A DNA stretch of 64,000 nucleotides, from NCBI GenBank assembly GCA_965209055.1, contig OZ242374.1, positions 4,608,001 to 4,672,000 on the forward strand. The letters are read 5' to 3'. Source of the DNA: Acidobacteriota bacterium (GTDB taxonomy: Bacteria; Acidobacteriota; UBA6911; RPQK01; JAJDTT01). The notes under the pieces were generated by a model. The model saw only the letters and a program-made list of their open reading frames with translations. It was not told where the DNA came from and made no database searches. Numbering within the stretch: the first letter of the stretch is position 1; each line of letters begins with the position of its first letter. This document shows, one piece after another, positions 9,687 through 19,700 of the stretch. Position numbers and translations under genes: made by a program.

Positions 9687-10853
9687 ATGCTGCACACGCC
9701 TCCAAGAGTTCTCAGGAATGCTCATACCGCTTGGACCCTGACCGGTCTGCTCTTCGTGCTGTTTTCACCACCGGGGTTACGGGCCCAGGAGGCCCCGGAA
9801 CAAGTTCCCGACCTCGCTGGTAGGGTCCTGACGGTCAACGGCCCGGTAGACCCGGATTCTCTGGGCGCCACCATGGTGCACGAACACATCTTCATCAACC
9901 GGAACCATCCCAACCGGCCGGTGCCGACCACAGCCACGCGGGTCCGTTTCTATCTCAAGCCCTTGACCATGGACATGCTGGGAGCGGTGACCATGGGTTA
10001 TCCGAATCGGGACAACCTGATCCTGGGGGATGAAACAACTGCCCTTCAGGAGCTGGCGGACTATCGGAAACGGGGCGGTGGGACCCTGGTGGACGTGACC
10101 AGCATCGGCCTGGGACGGGACCCCGCGGCGTTGCGGCGTGTTTCCCGAGCCACCGGGGTGCATGTGGTCATGGGCACGGGTTGGGACACCCGCGCCTTGG
10201 ATTCCCGCGACCTGGAGGATCGCTCTCTGAGCGAGTTGACCAGGGAAATCGTGCGTGACGTGACCGTGGGCGTCGGAAACAGCGGCATCCGGTCCGGAAT
10301 CATCGGCGAAGTGGCCACCGGCGGAGACTCTCTTACTCCCGTGGCGACCAAAGTGATCCGAGCCGCGGCCCGCGCCAGCCGCATCACCGGAGCCCCGGTC
10401 TCGCTGCACAGCGGCGGGAGCGGGAGCGAAAGCACGCATGCGATGCTGGACCTGCTGGCGGCGGAAGGGGCCGAGCTGGGGCGGGTCATCCTGGGACACT
10501 GCGACAACCTGGTTCGGGATCTGCCCTCCCTACTGGGTCTACTGAAGCGGGGGGTCTACGTGGAGTTCGACGGGATATCGGAATTCCACATGCTGCGGCA
10601 GGCGGCGACGGCGGCCCACGTTGGGGACGGTATCGTAAAACTGATCCAGCGCGGATACCTGGAGCGGATCCTCCTCTCCCAAAACGTGGACCAGAAGATC
10701 GACCTCAAGGCCTACGGAGGGATGGGCTACACCTTCGTCCTGGAAAAGTTTGTTCCCCACCTCAGGAACAAGGGCGTCGCTGAGGAGCAGATCCGGACCC
10801 TGATCTACGAGAATCCGCAGCGGATCCTGACCTTCGTTGCGCGCCGCCAGTAG
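9687..10853 (+). CDS. Phosphotriesterase-family amidohydrolase
   Basis: TMVHEHI, GGGTLVDVT, GIIGEV, SLH, GHCD, VEFDG and ENPQRIL motifs. Confidence 0.88.
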   Translation: MLHTPPRVLRNAHTAWTLTGLLFVLFSPPGLRAQEAPEQVPDLAGRVLTVNGPVDPDSLGATMVHEHIFINRNHPNRPVPTTATRVRFYLKPLTMDMLGAVTMGYPNRDNLILGDETTALQELADYRKRGGGTLVDVTSIGLGRDPAALRRVSRATGVHVVMGTGWDTRALDSRDLEDRSLSELTREIVRDVTVGVGNSGIRSGIIGEVATGGDSLTPVATKVIRAAARASRITGAPVSLHSGGSGSESTHAMLDLLAAEGAELGRVILGHCDNLVRDLPSLLGLLKRGVYVEFDGISEFHMLRQAATAAHVGDGIVKLIQRGYLERILLSQNVDQKIDLKAYGGMGYTFVLEKFVPHLRNKGVAEEQIRTLIYENPQRILTFVARRQ

Positions 10854-10930
10854 GGACGGCCCTTTTGGCCTCCCTCTTTGCCTTCGTTATGCGGCAGGTG
10901 CGGTTTATTGTCTCGTCTGAGAGCGAAGAT

Positions 10931-10982
10931 TCGGCGGTTGGAAACCGCCGCTCCGCTTCGGCGGCAAGAAAGCCGCCGCCTA
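10931..10982 (-). repeat. Two tandem REP-like palindromes between convergent genes
   Basis: TCGGCGGTTGGAAACCGCCGCTCC and TCGGCGGCAAGAAAGCCGCCGCCTA. Confidence 0.75.
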
Positions 10983-12515
10983 TTCCACCTTGATGGAATA
11001 GAGCTTCGTGTTGCCCAGTACGAACTTCAGGCGGACCGGGCGGTCGCCGACGCCCGACAGGTCGCGGCCCCCTTCCCAGGTGACCTTCTGGTAGAGGTCT
11101 CCGTGGTGCACGGGCGTGCAATTGGAGGCCTCATATCCAGGCAGCGCATTCCCTCCCGTGTCCTGGACCTCGACCCGCACGTAGCCCCGAGCCGATGGAT
11201 TCTTGCTGTAGAGCTTGCTGTAGAGTTCCTTGCCGCTGTCCCGCTGGAAGTTCGGCCGCATCTCGGTCATGGAGGACATGTTCACCGACAACGTGTTTCC
11301 CCCGAGCTTCAGCGGTGGAGTCAGGATCGAACCCTCGCTGGTGGCGTCGAAGGAGACGAACCCGTCCTGGCGCAATGTCCCCAGCCCGATCTGGCCGTTG
11401 TGGTCCCGGGAGGGAGCATTGTGCAGATTGGTGAAGCCGGAGTAGTAGATCCAGACCTTGCCGTCCTTCACGAAGGGACTGCTGGACGGGTAGACCATGC
11501 CGCTGTCGAAGGTGTCGTTGCGGTAGTTTCCGTCCGGCGCCAGCTTCATGAAGCGCCGGCGGCCCACGGAGCGCTCCCATTTGAGCCCGTCCCGGCTGGA
11601 GACCAGTTGGGAGTCCATGAACTGGGTGTAGGTGTGGTAGATCCAGAGCACCCCCAGGTACTGGCCGGCGTAGGGAAAGGCCGACAGACCGTAGAACTCG
11701 GTGTCGGGGGGATCATGGGGGTCCGGGTCCAGGACCTGCTGGGAATCCCTCCAATGGATGAAATCGTCGCTCACCAGGCGGGAGACCTTGCGGATCGGGC
11801 GGCTGATGGTCTTGTGGTAGAGCAGGTATTGGCCGCTGTCCGGATCCTGGGTGATCGAAAAGGTGTCGCCGGTCGCCCAGCAGGGCACCACCGGATTCTC
11901 CGGGTACTCGGTCCACTCCTTCCCATCGGGCGAGAAGGCCACCGAGATGCCGCATCGATCCATGTCATGGGTCTGCCAAAACAGCAGTTTGTAGCGCCGT
12001 TTCGGATCCGGATCCGAAGAGTCCTTCAGGAGAGCGTGGGTCCACCCCGACCACTTGAGGAAGATGTTGTTTTTCTTGGATCCCCTGAACTCCACCAGCC
12101 CAAGATCCGGTTTTTCCCAGACGAGGCCGTCCCGGGAGGTGGCGTAGCAGAGGTAGTCTTCGACGTAGGGCCGTTTGTGGGTGCCGATGGTGTTGTACCA
12201 CATCTTGAAGAGCTGCTCTTCTTCATCCCAGATCACGGTTCCGGGCTGGAGCACCAGGTAGCCCTCCCAGGGCCGGTCCGGCTTCACCACCGGGTTCTCC
12301 CGGTGCTTGGTCGGGCGATTCAGGGAGCGCCAGACCCTGTCCGTCTCCGCCACCAGGCGGTCGTCCACGAAGAGGTGGGTGCCCGGTCCCACCTCGATGG
12401 GAGCCGGCCCCTCTTCAGCAGGTTCGGAAGTACAGGAAAGAGCGCCGAAAAGGCAGGCGACCACTAGGACCGTTGCGATTCTCCCCAGATTCAGGCTCCC
12501 GTGTTCACGATGCAT
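10980..12515 (-). CDS. Five-bladed beta-propeller glycoside hydrolase-like (GH32/GH43 clan-like) protein, possible lipoprotein
   Basis: LFVDD, ENPVV, SRDGLVWEKP, SDDFIHW Asp-box-like repeats; LRQDGFVS C-terminal domain; ALSC lipobox-like motif. Confidence 0.7.
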   Translation of the reverse strand: MHREHGSLNLGRIATVLVVACLFGALSCTSEPAEEGPAPIEVGPGTHLFVDDRLVAETDRVWRSLNRPTKHRENPVVKPDRPWEGYLVLQPGTVIWDEEEQLFKMWYNTIGTHKRPYVEDYLCYATSRDGLVWEKPDLGLVEFRGSKKNNIFLKWSGWTHALLKDSSDPDPKRRYKLLFWQTHDMDRCGISVAFSPDGKEWTEYPENPVVPCWATGDTFSITQDPDSGQYLLYHKTISRPIRKVSRLVSDDFIHWRDSQQVLDPDPHDPPDTEFYGLSAFPYAGQYLGVLWIYHTYTQFMDSQLVSSRDGLKWERSVGRRRFMKLAPDGNYRNDTFDSGMVYPSSSPFVKDGKVWIYYSGFTNLHNAPSRDHNGQIGLGTLRQDGFVSFDATSEGSILTPPLKLGGNTLSVNMSSMTEMRPNFQRDSGKELYSKLYSKNPSARGYVRVEVQDTGGNALPGYEASNCTPVHHGDLYQKVTWEGGRDLSGVGDRPVRLKFVLGNTKLYSIKVE

Positions 12516-12553
12516 CCCCTCTCGAATTGAAAATCAGTGTCACGGGCACAGGG

Positions 12554-14188
12554 TTAGACAGGCTCCCGTGCGAATTGGAAGGAAAAGAGCTTGGCCCGGT
12601 GGACCTGGAACCGGACCCGGACCGGCTTGCCCTCCAGAGCGCCAACATCGGCGCTCCCACGCCAGCTCACGGTGTGGCTGATGCTGTCTCCGCCGAAGAC
12701 CCGGCAATCGTCCAGGCCATATCCGGGCAGGGCCTGGCTGGTCTCCCCATCCAGCAATGCCACCTTGACCGTGCCGTAGCCATCGCCGGCGTACCGGTCC
12801 CGGCCGGTGGCGTTGATGCGGAGGCGGTTGCCCTCGAAGACCAGGGGCCGCGTGGTCAGCGAGCCCGCGCCGGTGATGCTGACGAACCCGTCCAGACGAA
12901 GGATGGCCAGGCCGATCTGGCCTCGCTGCTGCTCGCCCCGGTGGTTGAAGACGTGCCGGCCGCCGAAACCCTCGTAGTAGATCCAGATCTCCCCCAGGTC
13001 CTCTCGAACGATGGGCGCCTGGACGGTGTAGCAAAGATGCTCGTCCCAGCTGCCCTCGGGACCGTTGGGCAGAAACACCCTACGGTCCCCGACCCGCTCG
13101 AAGCGGCGGGCGTCCCGGCTCCACAGCAGTTGAACGTCGATCCGGTCCACCCATGGGCTCCGGGCTTTGCCCAAATCGGTCCCGGCGGGAATTTGGCCCA
13201 TCAGACTATGGTAGACCGAGGTGAAACCGACCAGCCCGCCACCATAAGGGAGCACCTCCAAGGTGTAGAAATCCCGGTCCCCGATGCGGTCGGCGGCGTC
13301 AGCATGAAAACAGAAGTACCGCTCTTCCGGCTCCTGCTTGTCGCTGGGACCGTCCCAGTCCAGGAAGTCCCGGCTGGCCGCCCAGGCCGCCGTCCGCACC
13401 CGCGCACCCTCAGGATAGACGGGTTCCGGCTGAAACCAACGATCCAGTCTCGGGTAGGTCCTATGGTAGACCAGGTATTCGTTGGTCCCCGGATTCCAGA
13501 TCGCGTTGTTGTTGGTATCGCTGTAGAAGGGAATGATGGGCCGGGAGACGGGATAGCGATGGAAGCGGATGCCATCGGCGGAATAACCGGGATAGAGCCC
13601 CCCCGCCCCGTCCTGTTTGCCTTGGAACACGATCTTGTACCGTTCCTGGGGCCTTCGGGCCGCCGGGTCCCGGAAAACGCCGAGGTTGCCGGGAGATGCG
13701 TCTCCCAGGAAGGGCAGTCGGATGAAATTGGTGTCGTACCCCAAGTAACGAACTTGGCCCAGCGGCGGTTTCCGCCAGTGGAGACCGTCCTCCGACTCGG
13801 CGTAGAAGATGAACTTCCGAACCGAACTTCCCAGGGGAGGCCACGGAATCATCCAGCCGTAGAACCGATAGAGCTTGCGTTCCGGGTCGTAGAGGACGGC
13901 TCCGGCGTCGCCCCCGTGGGACAGTCCTCCTTTTTGCTCCCAGTCCGTTCCCAACGGAATCACCGGATTGTCTCGGTACCGAACCGGCTGGTTCAGGAGC
14001 CGGAAGACTCGGGGCTCCATGGTCTCGACGACATGGTCGTCCAGGAAGAGCTGTCTCTCCTGACCGATCTCCAGGGGTGTTCTCGACGGCTCGGCGTGGA
14101 CGGCGCCTCGGACCGGCGTCGGCAGCGCCGAGGCAGCCGCACCCCCGGATCCCAACAGTCTCAAGAAACTCCTGCGCTCCATATCCAC
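12554..14188 (-). CDS. Beta-propeller glycoside hydrolase-like protein, Tat-exported; paralogue of 10980-12515
   Basis: RRSFL Tat motif; LFLDD, DNPVI, SEDGLHWRKP and LRLDGFVS motifs. Confidence 0.7.
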   Translation of the reverse strand: MDMERRSFLRLLGSGGAAASALPTPVRGAVHAEPSRTPLEIGQERQLFLDDHVVETMEPRVFRLLNQPVRYRDNPVIPLGTDWEQKGGLSHGGDAGAVLYDPERKLYRFYGWMIPWPPLGSSVRKFIFYAESEDGLHWRKPPLGQVRYLGYDTNFIRLPFLGDASPGNLGVFRDPAARRPQERYKIVFQGKQDGAGGLYPGYSADGIRFHRYPVSRPIIPFYSDTNNNAIWNPGTNEYLVYHRTYPRLDRWFQPEPVYPEGARVRTAAWAASRDFLDWDGPSDKQEPEERYFCFHADAADRIGDRDFYTLEVLPYGGGLVGFTSVYHSLMGQIPAGTDLGKARSPWVDRIDVQLLWSRDARRFERVGDRRVFLPNGPEGSWDEHLCYTVQAPIVREDLGEIWIYYEGFGGRHVFNHRGEQQRGQIGLAILRLDGFVSITGAGSLTTRPLVFEGNRLRINATGRDRYAGDGYGTVKVALLDGETSQALPGYGLDDCRVFGGDSISHTVSWRGSADVGALEGKPVRVRFQVHRAKLFSFQFAREPV

Positions 14189-14239
14189 TTCCCCCGTAAC
14201 TGGGGCTCCTAAGGGCGATAGACAGAATACGAGTTGCGC

Positions 14240-16447
14240 CTATCTGGAATAGTGCCCGAAGCGCACCGGGACCGCTTCAGTCTCCTCCTCTTCCAGCATC
14301 TCCCGATAGATCGCCTGCCCTTTCCGGAAGAGGTCTACGGTCTTTTGTTTCTCCCGCTCGTGGCTGAACTGGCCTTTGTCGTGGACGCGCTGGATCAAGA
14401 GATCGATCTGCTCGACGAAGAACTGGGCGGCGGCGTGGGAACGGACAGGCCGGTTCTTGAAGCTGAGGTATACGGGACTGGTATGGGCATAGAGGGCGGC
14501 GTCGTTGGGAAGAAGCCGGTGCGCCTCGCCCCGGACCCGGACCGCCATCCAGCAGCTGTCCGTGACCTCCAGACCCTTCCTCAAACGGACCCGCTTGCCC
14601 TCGTCACGCGCCTTTTCGGTCTCCACCACGCGCCCGTTGACCACCAGTTCGATGCTGGACATGGGAATGTGGGACTCGGCCTCGGCCTCCACCTTCACCT
14701 GCAGCGTCCCTTTCTCCCACTTCAGCTCCGACCCGGGCTCCTGGCCATTGACGGTGAAGGTGACCATGGGGGCGTTGGTGGCAAAGCTCTTTCCCTCCAG
14801 ATAGGCGTCGATCCAGTCGGAATAGTCGAGCCGGGGACCCGACTTCACATAGACCCGCCCCGCCCCCGGGATGAGATGGTAGGGCAGGTCGAGGTAGCTG
14901 TCGGTCCCGGCCGAGATGGGACAGCGGAATCCGGCGTTCAGGAGTTGGTACCAGTGGGCCGTGTTCTTCTCTTCGTCCCCCTGGCACATGACGTCTATGG
15001 TGTCCACGACTCCCAGGGCGATGTCCACCGGGTACTCGCTGGGGAGACTGGGGTGAACGTAGATGACGGCGGCGTTTTGCGCCTTGGCCTTGACGGCCTG
15101 GAAGTAGTTGGCCGGGTCGTCCTGGGGATGGGTGGTGCCGGGCCAGCCCACGAAGGCCGGCTCCACGAAGCTCTTGATCCTCAGAAAGCCCATGTGACCG
15201 TAGAGGCGCAGGTTGCGCATCTCTTCGTTCCAATAGAGGATGTGCCGCTCTTCCGAGAGGGCGTTGGGCCGCCCCTCCACCCGCTTGCGCTCGTAGACGT
15301 ACCCGTCTTCGCTGTTGCAGGCCAGCATATGGGCCACGTTCAGATCTTCGGCCTTCACCACGAAGAGCACGTCCTTGGGCTTGATCCGGTCGTCCGCGCC
15401 GGTGATGGGATCGTGGAAGAGGTTGGCATGGAGGTGGGTGTCGCCCGACCACCAACCCCTGGCGCCCATGTCCCAGGTCCGCTTCAACCGGAACTCCACC
15501 TTCTTGGCCTGTCCCTTGGCGACCTGGACCTTTCGGGCCAACGGGGCGTATTCCAGGCCTTTGACCACCTCCAGGGAGACGGTCCCGGCCGGAACGCCCG
15601 CTTCGAAACCGCCGTCGGCATAGAAGTAGTACTCGCCGCCATAGGGCTGGCGGTAGTCGCCGTTGGTGATGTGAGGCTGAGCTCCCGGCGGTGTGTACGA
15701 CTTTCCGTCGGGTCCGTTGAGATACACACGGGCCTGGGTCGGCCGTCCGTTTTCATCCAGGACTCTGACCTTCACCGTCCCCGAGTCCCAGGCCCGGGTG
15801 GGAAGCGAAATCTCCCGGGACAAGGATCCGGCATCGAGCTTCAAACCTACGGCGCCGCCACTCCATCCTTCCAGTGAAACGGGGACGAACCAGCCCAGAC
15901 TCTGTCCCGCGCCCAGAGTCCGGGGTTCTTCCTGGACTTTCACACCCTCGGTCCCGCTGCGGACCGTCACCTGGACCTGACCGGTTCCCGAATTCCGAAC
16001 GACGAACGGGACGGGAATCACCAGCGATTGGAGGAGGTCCAACCGTTCAGGCGCCTGAAGGACTTCGATCCGGTCCGAGATCTCCAGTTTCACCAGTCGC
16101 GGACTCTCCAATTGCTGATAGGCGTCGCTCATCAGGTCGACCACGCCCTCCAAGGGCAGCGGGTTGTAGCTCAGGTTGGCCCCCCATTCCTGGGCGTAGG
16201 TCTCTCCCTTGATGATGCGCTGAACCTTGAGGATGGAGGGCCGATTCGTGTCCGACCACTGGAGCAGCCGGATGGCGAACTCGGCGGCGTCTCCCAGGTG
16301 AGGCGCCACCGGCTTGTTCATGACGTAGTTGCCCAACAGGGGGATCTGGGTCAGAGGAACCTCTTTGGTCTCCGCCCTGATCGAGCCGGAACCGGCGGCA
16401 AGAAGCAGTAGCAGGACGAACAGCGATGGATGCATTGGTTTTTCCAT
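14240..16447 (-). CDS. CehA/McbA-family (PHP-like) metallohydrolase
   Basis: WWSGDTHLH, YGHM, YVHP, WYQLLNAG, AGTDSY, GRVYV and SFATNAP motifs; signal peptide. Confidence 0.8.
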   Translation of the reverse strand: MEKPMHPSLFVLLLLLAAGSGSIRAETKEVPLTQIPLLGNYVMNKPVAPHLGDAAEFAIRLLQWSDTNRPSILKVQRIIKGETYAQEWGANLSYNPLPLEGVVDLMSDAYQQLESPRLVKLEISDRIEVLQAPERLDLLQSLVIPVPFVVRNSGTGQVQVTVRSGTEGVKVQEEPRTLGAGQSLGWFVPVSLEGWSGGAVGLKLDAGSLSREISLPTRAWDSGTVKVRVLDENGRPTQARVYLNGPDGKSYTPPGAQPHITNGDYRQPYGGEYYFYADGGFEAGVPAGTVSLEVVKGLEYAPLARKVQVAKGQAKKVEFRLKRTWDMGARGWWSGDTHLHANLFHDPITGADDRIKPKDVLFVVKAEDLNVAHMLACNSEDGYVYERKRVEGRPNALSEERHILYWNEEMRNLRLYGHMGFLRIKSFVEPAFVGWPGTTHPQDDPANYFQAVKAKAQNAAVIYVHPSLPSEYPVDIALGVVDTIDVMCQGDEEKNTAHWYQLLNAGFRCPISAGTDSYLDLPYHLIPGAGRVYVKSGPRLDYSDWIDAYLEGKSFATNAPMVTFTVNGQEPGSELKWEKGTLQVKVEAEAESHIPMSSIELVVNGRVVETEKARDEGKRVRLRKGLEVTDSCWMAVRVRGEAHRLLPNDAALYAHTSPVYLSFKNRPVRSHAAAQFFVEQIDLLIQRVHDKGQFSHEREKQKTVDLFRKGQAIYREMLEEEETEAVPVRFGHYSR

Positions 16448-16704
16448 GAACAGGTGACCTTTGAAGCCCGAATCCGGCCCGGATTCTAGCAGTCCGGGGC
16501 CAAAGTCACCACGGCATTGACCGGAAGTGGCGAAGGAAAAATCGCGAACGGTTCGGTTGAACCGCTCCGTGGCATTGCCCGTTTCTCACCAGAACCGGCC
16601 AGAAACGGCGCACCATGATCAGAACGGCATCGACTCCATTAGCGTCCTACCGGGTCTGCCTCCGGTGTCTCACCACACCCCCGGGCAGGTCACCATCCGT
16701 TCTG

Positions 16705-19700
16705 TCACTCCTCCTGCGTTATCGAGAGCTTGGAGATCGTCCAACTGGAGCTGTCCTCGATCATGTTCGCGGAGAAAACGATCGAATACTTGTTACCCGA
16801 CGGTGTGTTCAACACAGAGTCAGCAGGTAAGCTGACGTTGCTGGAACCACAACTCTGGAAACCACTGCCGATAAACAGACAACCCTTCTCCGATCCGAAG
16901 AATTCGCCGACGGCAAACCGGCCAAACGTATTGCCCGCGTCGGGAGTCCCTTCGGGGAACTGAAGGGCGCATTCGCTTCCGGATTGGATCGTGCTACCGG
17001 CAGCGCACACCTGGCTCGTGTCGTCATCTTCATCATCGGAAGGAATATCCGCCAAGCGCCAACTGGCATTTCCGCTCTCTCCGTCGATGCAACTGTAGGT
17101 GAACGTTCCCGACGTTTCGGAAGCGAACGTCAGTTCGAAGGTGCAGCGATCGCCGTCGTCATAATTCAGCGTCAACGTTCCCGTATTCGAACCTGAATTC
17201 CGATACGTATAGTCTCCGGGATAGACGTCCGACTCCTCGGTTTCCTCGAAGCGGCCGGGACGGATGAAATCGATGTGGTAGTCCGGAAAGCCCGTCAACA
17301 TGCGCTTGCCAACGAAGACTTCGTTGAACGCGCCTTGATCGGCGGGAGCCAGCGATACTGGCGGCTCGGTCACGGTGACGGTCGTTGAGTCCGAGGCGGT
17401 CTGTCCGTCGGCTCCGCGGACGGTGATGCGGTAGGTCGTCGTTCTGGTGGGGGAAACTCGCCGCGATCCGGAGGTCGGGACCGTGCCGATCCCCGGCGTG
17501 AGGGACGCGCTGGTCGCGTTGGTGGATGACCACCTCAGGGTCGCGCTCTGGCCCCGCTCGATGGACGTGGGCGATGCCGACAGACTCACCGTCGGGGCCG
17601 TCCGAGGCACTTCGGGGCGGGTCCCGCCCTTCACCGGCACCACCGGGAGCGTCGTGAAGATGCCGTTGTCGAAATCCATCTCCAAGGCGACCCCGGCGAA
17701 CCTTCCCCCGACCGGCGCCAGGCACCTCACTGAACCCACGAACTCCGACGAGCCTGCGCCGGCGAAGATCTCATCAATGAACCGGGCGGTCTGCCCCCCT
17801 GCGTCCAACGGGATATCTACGCTTTCCAGCGCGGAGCCTCCCCGCATCAAGTTACAGGACACCGTCATTTCTTCCGCGGTCAGGTTGCGGAGCGCCACGC
17901 CGGTATTGATGCCTCCCGCTTGGCGGCGAGCCGGGAAGAGGGCGTCAGCGACGGGTTCGCTGGCTCCAACCCCCGCCACTCCCGCACCTGGGAGCGTAAA
18001 GCGAAGGACCCCGCCGATCGGGCCGTCCGATATCACCCGCACCGATCCCACCACGACATCCCCCCGGCCGTGGGTCGAAATCGTGAAATCTCCCAATGGC
18101 GGCAGTGCCTGACGCGCACGAAGGCCTCCGTCCGGACGCATCTCCAGGCTGTTTCCGGTATCCACCACTGAATCCGGCTCTATCTCATTGCCATCCTGAT
18201 CAAAAAAGTAGAGGGTGGGACGGATCCGCTGGGTCGAGACGTTCAACAACACCACATCGGAGGTGATGGAAGAACCATTGGCGAAATGGGCAAACTCCAG
18301 AGAGGTCTCCCCGTTTCCGGCTCCCGTCTGGTCCACAGCCACCACCGGCAGAGTTGTGAAGATGCCGTCGTTGGCATCCATCTCCAAGGCTATCCCGGCG
18401 AACCTTCTCCCTTCAGGCGCGGTGCACCTCACTGATCCCACGAAATCGGACGTGTTCACGCCGGGGAAGATCTCATTGATGAACTGCGCGGTCTGCCCGC
18501 CGGCGTCCAACTGGATCTCCTCGTCTTCCAGCACGGAGCCCCTCCGCATCAAGTAACAGGACACCGTCATCCCGTCCGCTTCCAGGTTGCGCAGCGCCAC
18601 TCCGGTGTTGACGCCACTCGCTTGGCGGCGTGCCGGGAAGAGGGCGTCATTGAGGGGTTCACTGGCCCCGACTCCCGCCACTCCTATGCCGGGCGCGTCA
18701 AAGCGCAGCACCCCGCCGATGGATCCGTCCGCTGTTACCCGCACCGATCCCACGACAAGGTCCCCCCGGCCGTGGGTCGAAATCGTCAGCTCTTCCAGCG
18801 GCGCCATCTCGGTTCTTACGCTCAAAGCTCCGTTTTCAAGCACCTCCAAATCTCGAGTGATCTCCACCAGCGATCCGGCGTCAATCCGATTGCCTTCGTC
18901 ATCGGCAAAGTAGAGGGTGGGACGGATCGGCGTGGCCGCAACGTTCAACAACACCACGTCGGAGCTGATGGAAGAACCATTGGCGAAATGGGCAAACTCC
19001 AGCGCGAAATCCTCGTCGATAAACTGGCGGATTTGGGGATAGAAAAACGATAGGCGAGTATAAATGTCACGAGACGGACCGATCGGACAGAAATCCCCAC
19101 CTTCTCCGCCGCTCAGTGCCCCCACGAGGGTTCCAGGGCTGCTGAAGATGGCGGACCCGGAAGAGCCCCCTTCCGTGTAGCCTTGTCCCAATGGATAGGA
19201 AACAATCAAGTAGGATTCTTCGGAAACGCCAAACCCTGGGTCGCGAATAGTCTGACCGAAGGAAATCCGCTTGAACTCGCCCCAATCACTCCCCGGATGA
19301 TGAATTCCGGCGACTTGCTCGCCGACCGGTTGCGGGTCCGCGTCCCAGCCTTGGAACATCACGCCGTCCGGCAGATCACCTTCGAGCTGTAGCAGCGTCA
19401 TATCGCCGCTGGGCTGCCCGAGGTCCTCGATTTCGGAGAACCCTGTGGTGGCGAGCAGACGCGCCCCCTCGGTGCGCGGCACGCTCCGCAAGTCCGGCGA
19501 TTCTCCGTTACAGGTTCGCGTCTGGTAGAACCAGGCCGCCGTCACGCTCCGCGCTTCCGCCTCGGTTTGCACGCAGTGGGCCGCGGTGAGAAAGTAGGGA
19601 GTGAAGTCCTGCCGGCTGTTGTTCAGCACCGTGCCCGAGCAGGCTGCACTGCTACCTTCGCTCGTCTCGATGAATATTCTCGCGACTCCGGTTGCGGAAC

